This document shows positions 59,627-64,000 of a DNA stretch of 64,000 nt, in pieces. The stretch spans positions 95,033-159,032 of the forward strand of contig JADJOZ010000007.1 in assembly GCA_016713525.1 (NCBI GenBank), in the 5' to 3' direction. The translations under genes were made by a program, and so were the position numbers. The DNA is from Bacteroidota bacterium. GTDB taxonomy: Bacteria > Bacteroidota > Bacteroidia > AKYH767-A > OLB10. The notes below the pieces were generated by a model that was not told where the DNA came from, did no database searches, and saw only the letters and a list, made by a program, of their open reading frames with translations. Numbering within the stretch: the stretch's first letter is position 1; the number at the start of each line of letters is the position of its first letter.

Positions 59627-62041
59627 ATGACTACTGATAACCAACCAGACCAAAGACTTCAGGATGAGAAGCGCTTTAATTTTAAATATTTCTTCTATAG
59701 AAATGTACTGAAATATTGGTATTTATATGTATTAAGTATGATTTTGGCGATAGTTGCCGGATACTATCACAATTGGTACACAACTCCTATTTACTCTACT
59801 TCTTGTACAATACTTATTAAGGATGATAAAAGAACCGCTCCTGGTCAGGATCTCCTTACGCAATTAAATTCATTCGATAATCAGGGAGGCATTGATAATG
59901 ATGTGGAACTGATCAAGTCGAGATCAATTATCGGAAAAACTTTAAGAAGGCTTGATTTTGATGTAACTTATTTGCTTCGGGGCAATGTAAAAAAATCGGA
60001 ATTATATCTTCAGTCACCTATTAAATTAATTGCAGATTCCATTTCTTTCAGGATTTACGAAAAACACATTGAAATTACTGTAATTGATGACAAAACATAT
60101 GAGATCAGTTATCATCTGAATGACGACAATTCATATACCGAAAAATATAAATTCGGACAGATTGTTTCCAATCATTTCGGAAGATTTTCATTAGAAAAAA
60201 CCGATAAATTCAGAGATGCCTCTTTCAGGGATGCAAATTATGAAAAGCGAAATTTCATTGTAATACTTCATAATTTCGACAATTTAGTTGATAAGTACAC
60301 CAAGGGACTTGATATTCAATTTGTCTCTAAGAAGGCCACTGTTTTGCAATTGTCTTATAATGATCCTGTCCCTCAGAAAGCCGGAGATTTTCTGAATACA
60401 TTGCTGGAAGTTTATATTCAGAGCGGAATTGATCAAAAAAATGAAAACGCAACAAGTTCATTAAAGTTTATAGATGAACAGTTAGATAAAATAACTTCAG
60501 ATCTTAAATCTTCGGAAGAAGATCTTGAAATGTTTAAAACCGAAAAAGGAATTACAGATTTAGGAACAGAAGCACAATCATTTCTCGGGAGTGTAAAAGT
60601 TTATGATGAGAAAATTTCAGAAATAGATATTCAATTATCTTTTTTGAGATATCTGGAAGAATATATTCTTAAGGATAAAGATCTCGATAAAATTTCCCCT
60701 TCTTCACTTGGCATTGCGGATCCACTGCTGACTAAACTCATTACCTCATTAAGCGACCTGCAAATGCAACGTAAGGGGCAGTTAAATTCAACTCAACCCG
60801 ACAATCCAATTATTGTTTCTTTAAACATTCAGATTCAAAATACAAAACAGGATTTATTAGAAAATGTCCGTTCCATTAAGAATGGTCTGGAAGCATCAAA
60901 AGAACAGGCTTCAATTCAATTATCAAGAATTCAGGGCAAAATTAAAACGGTGCCAAAAACACAAAGAGCTTTGGTTGGTATGGAAAGGCAGGCATCAATC
61001 AGAGAGGGGCTTTACAATTACCTTCTTCAAAAAAAGGCAGAAACAGCGATTTTATTAGCTTCAACAAATTCTGACAACCGAATTGTTGATAAAGCACGTG
61101 CTTCCTATAAGCCTATCAAACCAGTTCCAAATCAAACATATTCATTTGCAATTCTATTAGGTTTGTTAATTCCGGCCATTTTTGTGTTTGTTAAGGAAGC
61201 TCTGAATGATAAAATTAAAGATGGGTCTGATCTGGAGAATAATACTTCAATCCCTGTACTTGGTCTGGTAGGTTATAATGAAGATCATGACAATCAAATT
61301 GTAGCTTCAAAACCGGATTCTTTCATTGCAGAGTCTTTCAGGTCCATTCGTACCAATTTACAATATTATCCACAAAAGTCAAATTGTCGAAAAATACTTG
61401 TAACCTCTTCAATCAGTTCGGAAGGAAAGAGTTTTTGTGCAGCCAACTTATCGGCCATATATGCCATATCCGGTAAAAAGGTGGTGTTGGTCGGAGGAGA
61501 TTTAAGGAAACCTAAAAAGAATCAGGAGTTCAACTTGCCTTCAAATGCCGGTATATCCAATTATCTGATCGGAGTTTCCGATATTGAAGGAATCATTCAG
61601 CATTCTTCTTCAGTTCCAAATCTGGATATTATACTTTCAGGTCCGAAACCACCTAATCCATCAGAATTAATTTTAAGTTCTAAGATGGATGACTTCTTTA
61701 GTTATCTTGAATCTAAGTATGAAGTTATAATTATTGACTCTCCTCCTATCGGTGTTGTAACTGACGGAATGTTATTGAGCAAGTATGTAGATAATACCAT
61801 ATACGTTGTAAGGCAAAATGTGACCCGAAAACAACATATTGAATTTATTAACAGCCTCTATAAAGATTCCAAACTCCCTAAACTAAGTTTAATATTTAAT
61901 GCTGTCAGAACCGGCCCACTGAATTCTGGTTATGGTTACGGATATGGTTATGGATATGGTTATGGATACGGTTATGGTTATGGTTATTATGAAGATGACA
62001 ATGCCAGTGGTCGTAAAAAAAGAAAGTCCAAACAATCTTAA
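59627..62041 (+). CDS. polysaccharide co-polymerase / BY-kinase tyrosine autokinase (Wzc-like) with (GY)10 C-terminal tail
   Basis: 804 aa; N-terminal TM, periplasmic Wzz region, second TM, C-terminal P-loop (SSISSEGKS Walker A; VIIIDSPP Walker B) and Tyr-rich tail. Confidence 0.75.
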   Translation: MTTDNQPDQRLQDEKRFNFKYFFYRNVLKYWYLYVLSMILAIVAGYYHNWYTTPIYSTSCTILIKDDKRTAPGQDLLTQLNSFDNQGGIDNDVELIKSRSIIGKTLRRLDFDVTYLLRGNVKKSELYLQSPIKLIADSISFRIYEKHIEITVIDDKTYEISYHLNDDNSYTEKYKFGQIVSNHFGRFSLEKTDKFRDASFRDANYEKRNFIVILHNFDNLVDKYTKGLDIQFVSKKATVLQLSYNDPVPQKAGDFLNTLLEVYIQSGIDQKNENATSSLKFIDEQLDKITSDLKSSEEDLEMFKTEKGITDLGTEAQSFLGSVKVYDEKISEIDIQLSFLRYLEEYILKDKDLDKISPSSLGIADPLLTKLITSLSDLQMQRKGQLNSTQPDNPIIVSLNIQIQNTKQDLLENVRSIKNGLEASKEQASIQLSRIQGKIKTVPKTQRALVGMERQASIREGLYNYLLQKKAETAILLASTNSDNRIVDKARASYKPIKPVPNQTYSFAILLGLLIPAIFVFVKEALNDKIKDGSDLENNTSIPVLGLVGYNEDHDNQIVASKPDSFIAESFRSIRTNLQYYPQKSNCRKILVTSSISSEGKSFCAANLSAIYAISGKKVVLVGGDLRKPKKNQEFNLPSNAGISNYLIGVSDIEGIIQHSSSVPNLDIILSGPKPPNPSELILSSKMDDFFSYLESKYEVIIIDSPPIGVVTDGMLLSKYVDNTIYVVRQNVTRKQHIEFINSLYKDSKLPKLSLIFNAVRTGPLNSGYGYGYGYGYGYGYGYGYGYYEDDNASGRKKRKSKQS
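61928..61990 (+). repeat. imperfect hexanucleotide (GGNTAY)10 repeat encoding the (GY)10Y tail of the BY-kinase
   Basis: ggt tat ggt tac gga tat ggt tat gga tat ggt tat gga tac ggt tat ggt tat ggt tat tat. Confidence 0.6.
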
Positions 62042-62303
62042 CTGACAAAAAAAATAATCTAACATCTGTTATTGGTTTAACAGATGTAAACCAGTACTGA
62101 CAGCAGAGCAATTAATATATAGATTAACTCCATCGTTCTTCCTCTATAATTACTGAAAATCAGTTTTCAAAAATTATTTTTGTTTTGCAACTGAATTATT
62201 TATCAAATTTAAATGAAAATTAATTTAAACACGGTAAACCAAAAGTAATGCATCAGGGGAAATAAAAGTAACTTCACTTTAGCATAGACCTAGAATCCAG
62301 GTT

Positions 62304-63230
62304 ATGAGTTCTTCCCAATTTCATACTAAACTTGCTAAATACATTAATACCGGTTGTATTGATCGAACCGACCTTTTCCTTTCTCTGGCAAAACCCAATT
62401 TACCCTTTTATAAAAATGCAGGGGAAATAATAAAAATGTGGGGCAATAGTGAAGACAGAGTAATTGGTAAATCCCTGAATTTTACCTGCAACAAATATAC
62501 CGGGGAAAATAAAAAAGTGAAAGAAATGATGCAATATATCAATCAGGAACTTTCTGATGAGTTATTCGGTGCATATGTTCACGGGAGTTTAGCCACAAAC
62601 GACAGTATTTCATATAGTGACTTTGACGGATTGATTATTCTCAAAAATGAAGTAATGCGTGACAGAAAAAAATTAATAAATACTGCTATTAAACTCAGTA
62701 AAGCGTATTCTATTATGATTTCTATGGATGCATTGCAACATCATGGCTGGTTTGTATTAACAGAAAAAGACTGTAAAAACTGGCCGGTAACATATTTCCC
62801 ACCTGTACTTTTTGATTATTCTAAATCATTATTGAACTCAGGAAAAAACATTGAAATAACCTATCTGACTTCTGATACCAACAATAAAAATTCTTTGAAC
62901 AGGTTATGCAATTCTATTATCCGACATCTTTCGAAGAATGCTATTCCGGAAAATAGTTTTCAACTTAAAAGTATTCTAAGTGAGTATATGTTGATGCCTT
63001 CACTATATTTACAATACAAAAATGGAACCGGTATTTATAAAAAATATAGTTTCGAAGAAGCCTCGAAAGATTTTAAGTCTGAAGATTGGCGAATTATGAA
63101 TGAAGTTTCCGATATAAGAACTAAATGGAAATTAAACTCAGGCCTGACTTTAACCGATTACCCTAAAATTATTACTCCATGGGTTAAAAAAGCCAAATTA
63201 AACATAGTAGCAAAGTGCCTGATGAACTAA
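62304..63230 (+). CDS. Pol-beta-superfamily nucleotidyltransferase-fold protein (LinB/ANT-like minimal NTase plus helical domain)
   Basis: 308 aa; AYVHGSLATNDSISYSDFDGLIIL fits hG[GS]-x9-12-D-x-D; very AT-rich. Confidence 0.45.
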   Translation: MSSSQFHTKLAKYINTGCIDRTDLFLSLAKPNLPFYKNAGEIIKMWGNSEDRVIGKSLNFTCNKYTGENKKVKEMMQYINQELSDELFGAYVHGSLATNDSISYSDFDGLIILKNEVMRDRKKLINTAIKLSKAYSIMISMDALQHHGWFVLTEKDCKNWPVTYFPPVLFDYSKSLLNSGKNIEITYLTSDTNNKNSLNRLCNSIIRHLSKNAIPENSFQLKSILSEYMLMPSLYLQYKNGTGIYKKYSFEEASKDFKSEDWRIMNEVSDIRTKWKLNSGLTLTDYPKIITPWVKKAKLNIVAKCLMN

Positions 63231-63300
63231 TGCAAAAACTTGATTCCGAATTTATTGCCAGAATGATTAAATTGACAAATTTAATACGGAATAAAATTTT

Positions 63301-64000
63301 ATGAGTTTTAATTATATCGATATTCCAAAAGAGATTGAATTAGATTCATACGAAACAGCTATTAATATGATGGCTGAAAAATTAATGAACACCGGTAAAG
63401 TTAAATGTGTTTATCAAATTGGAGGAGTTTCTTCACCAGGAATTTCCGACATTGATTTATATGTCATTTTTAATAACGATTGTGAATATAAGGTCAATCC
63501 CGTAAATAACCTGAACACACCAGACAATTACCTTTTTACCCATAACTTATTCGGAACATCAGAGTCTAGTGCCGTCCATTTAGAACAATACACATTCTTT
63601 GGAAATTACAAATTGATTGCCGGCTCTCCTGTTGCAATGAATAATTACTTTGCCAACGATTCAGACCAAACAATTCTGAAGCGACAGATTGCCCTGGAAT
63701 ATCTGATTAAAGCCTGGTTTAGCATTCACATCAACATTACTTATAAAAATATCAAATTACGCAGTTTACTATTGCATTCAAAGGCCATTCTATATGATCT
63801 TGATTTTTTAAGTGTAAAAAATGGTGGATTATTTGAATGTATAAATGATCTATTGGAAATCAGGAAAAATTACTTTACAAAAAATCCTGATTTAAATCAT
63901 CTAGATAAACTATGCAACAAATATAAAGATGAATTAAAAAAAGAAATTGTAGCAGGAATAGAATCTCATAAATTCTACATAGCTGCTTCAGGTAATACTG
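63301..64000 (+). CDS. second nucleotidyltransferase-fold protein (3' end beyond window)
   Basis: Open frame from the ATG at 63301 to the window end with no stops; YQIGGVSSPGISDIDLYVIF NTase motif. Confidence 0.4.
   Translation, partial: MSFNYIDIPKEIELDSYETAINMMAEKLMNTGKVKCVYQIGGVSSPGISDIDLYVIFNNDCEYKVNPVNNLNTPDNYLFTHNLFGTSESSAVHLEQYTFFGNYKLIAGSPVAMNNYFANDSDQTILKRQIALEYLIKAWFSIHINITYKNIKLRSLLLHSKAILYDLDFLSVKNGGLFECINDLLEIRKNYFTKNPDLNHLDKLCNKYKDELKKEIVAGIESHKFYIAASGNT

Noticed and set aside
61905-62111. Minus-strand ORF encoding an H/N dipeptide repeat
   Set aside because: Antisense reading of the (GGNTAY)10 repeat within the wzc-like gene; an artefact.
1-64000. CRISPR arrays, IS elements or transposases, integrases, tRNA or rRNA genes
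   Set aside because: No direct-repeat/spacer periodicity, no transposase or integrase-like ORFs, and no tRNA-like T-loop or acceptor signatures found in intergenic regions on inspection.

Overview
This 64-kb window looks like a chromosomal segment of a Bacteroidota (Bacteroidetes) genome. The placement rests on three type IX secretion (T9SS) C-terminal sorting domains, bshC/ytxJ bacillithiol genes, rpmB-rpmG-DUF4295-ftsY synteny and TAnnTTTG -7 promoter boxes. It is AT-rich and almost fully coding, with no rRNA, tRNA, CRISPR or transposase recognised.

Gene content in order:
- 1-20 kb: housekeeping genes, including dipeptidyl peptidase IV (DPP IV), BshC, YtxJ, a DUF853 ATPase, RimO, FtsY, L28/L33, aminopeptidase P, CinA and two tandem universal stress proteins.
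- 20.4-29.6 kb: two giant (about 1450 aa) divergently transcribed paralogous T9SS surface proteins.
- 29.9-42 kb: M20 dipeptidase, FabD, FolE, a PTPS (6-pyruvoyl-tetrahydropterin synthase)/QueD-like gene, MqnB, a PQQ-type sugar dehydrogenase T9SS cargo, HU and a 2-oxoacid dehydrogenase E1 alpha/beta.
- 42-58.5 kb: a phenylacetate catabolon (paaABCD, paaG/H, paaI, paaJ, paaY, paaZ). It is interrupted by an AONS-like PLP (pyridoxal phosphate) enzyme, an orphan receiver and two tandem paralogous sensor kinases.
- 58.8-64 kb: a polysaccharide export module (Wza/Wzc) followed by two tandem nucleotidyltransferase (NTase)-fold proteins.

Notable observations:
- Just downstream of the second giant surface protein gene there is an array of five regularly spaced stem-loops. 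Each carries the same CUGCCC loop on a different, co-varying stem.
- At least 13 genes carry single-base indels, all but one in A/T homopolymer runs (including ribosomal protein L33), and two genes carry in-frame stops. This looks like read error rather than pseudogenes.
- The Wzc C-terminal tail is a (GY)10 repeat.
- A 7-5-7 palindrome sits upstream of paaA.
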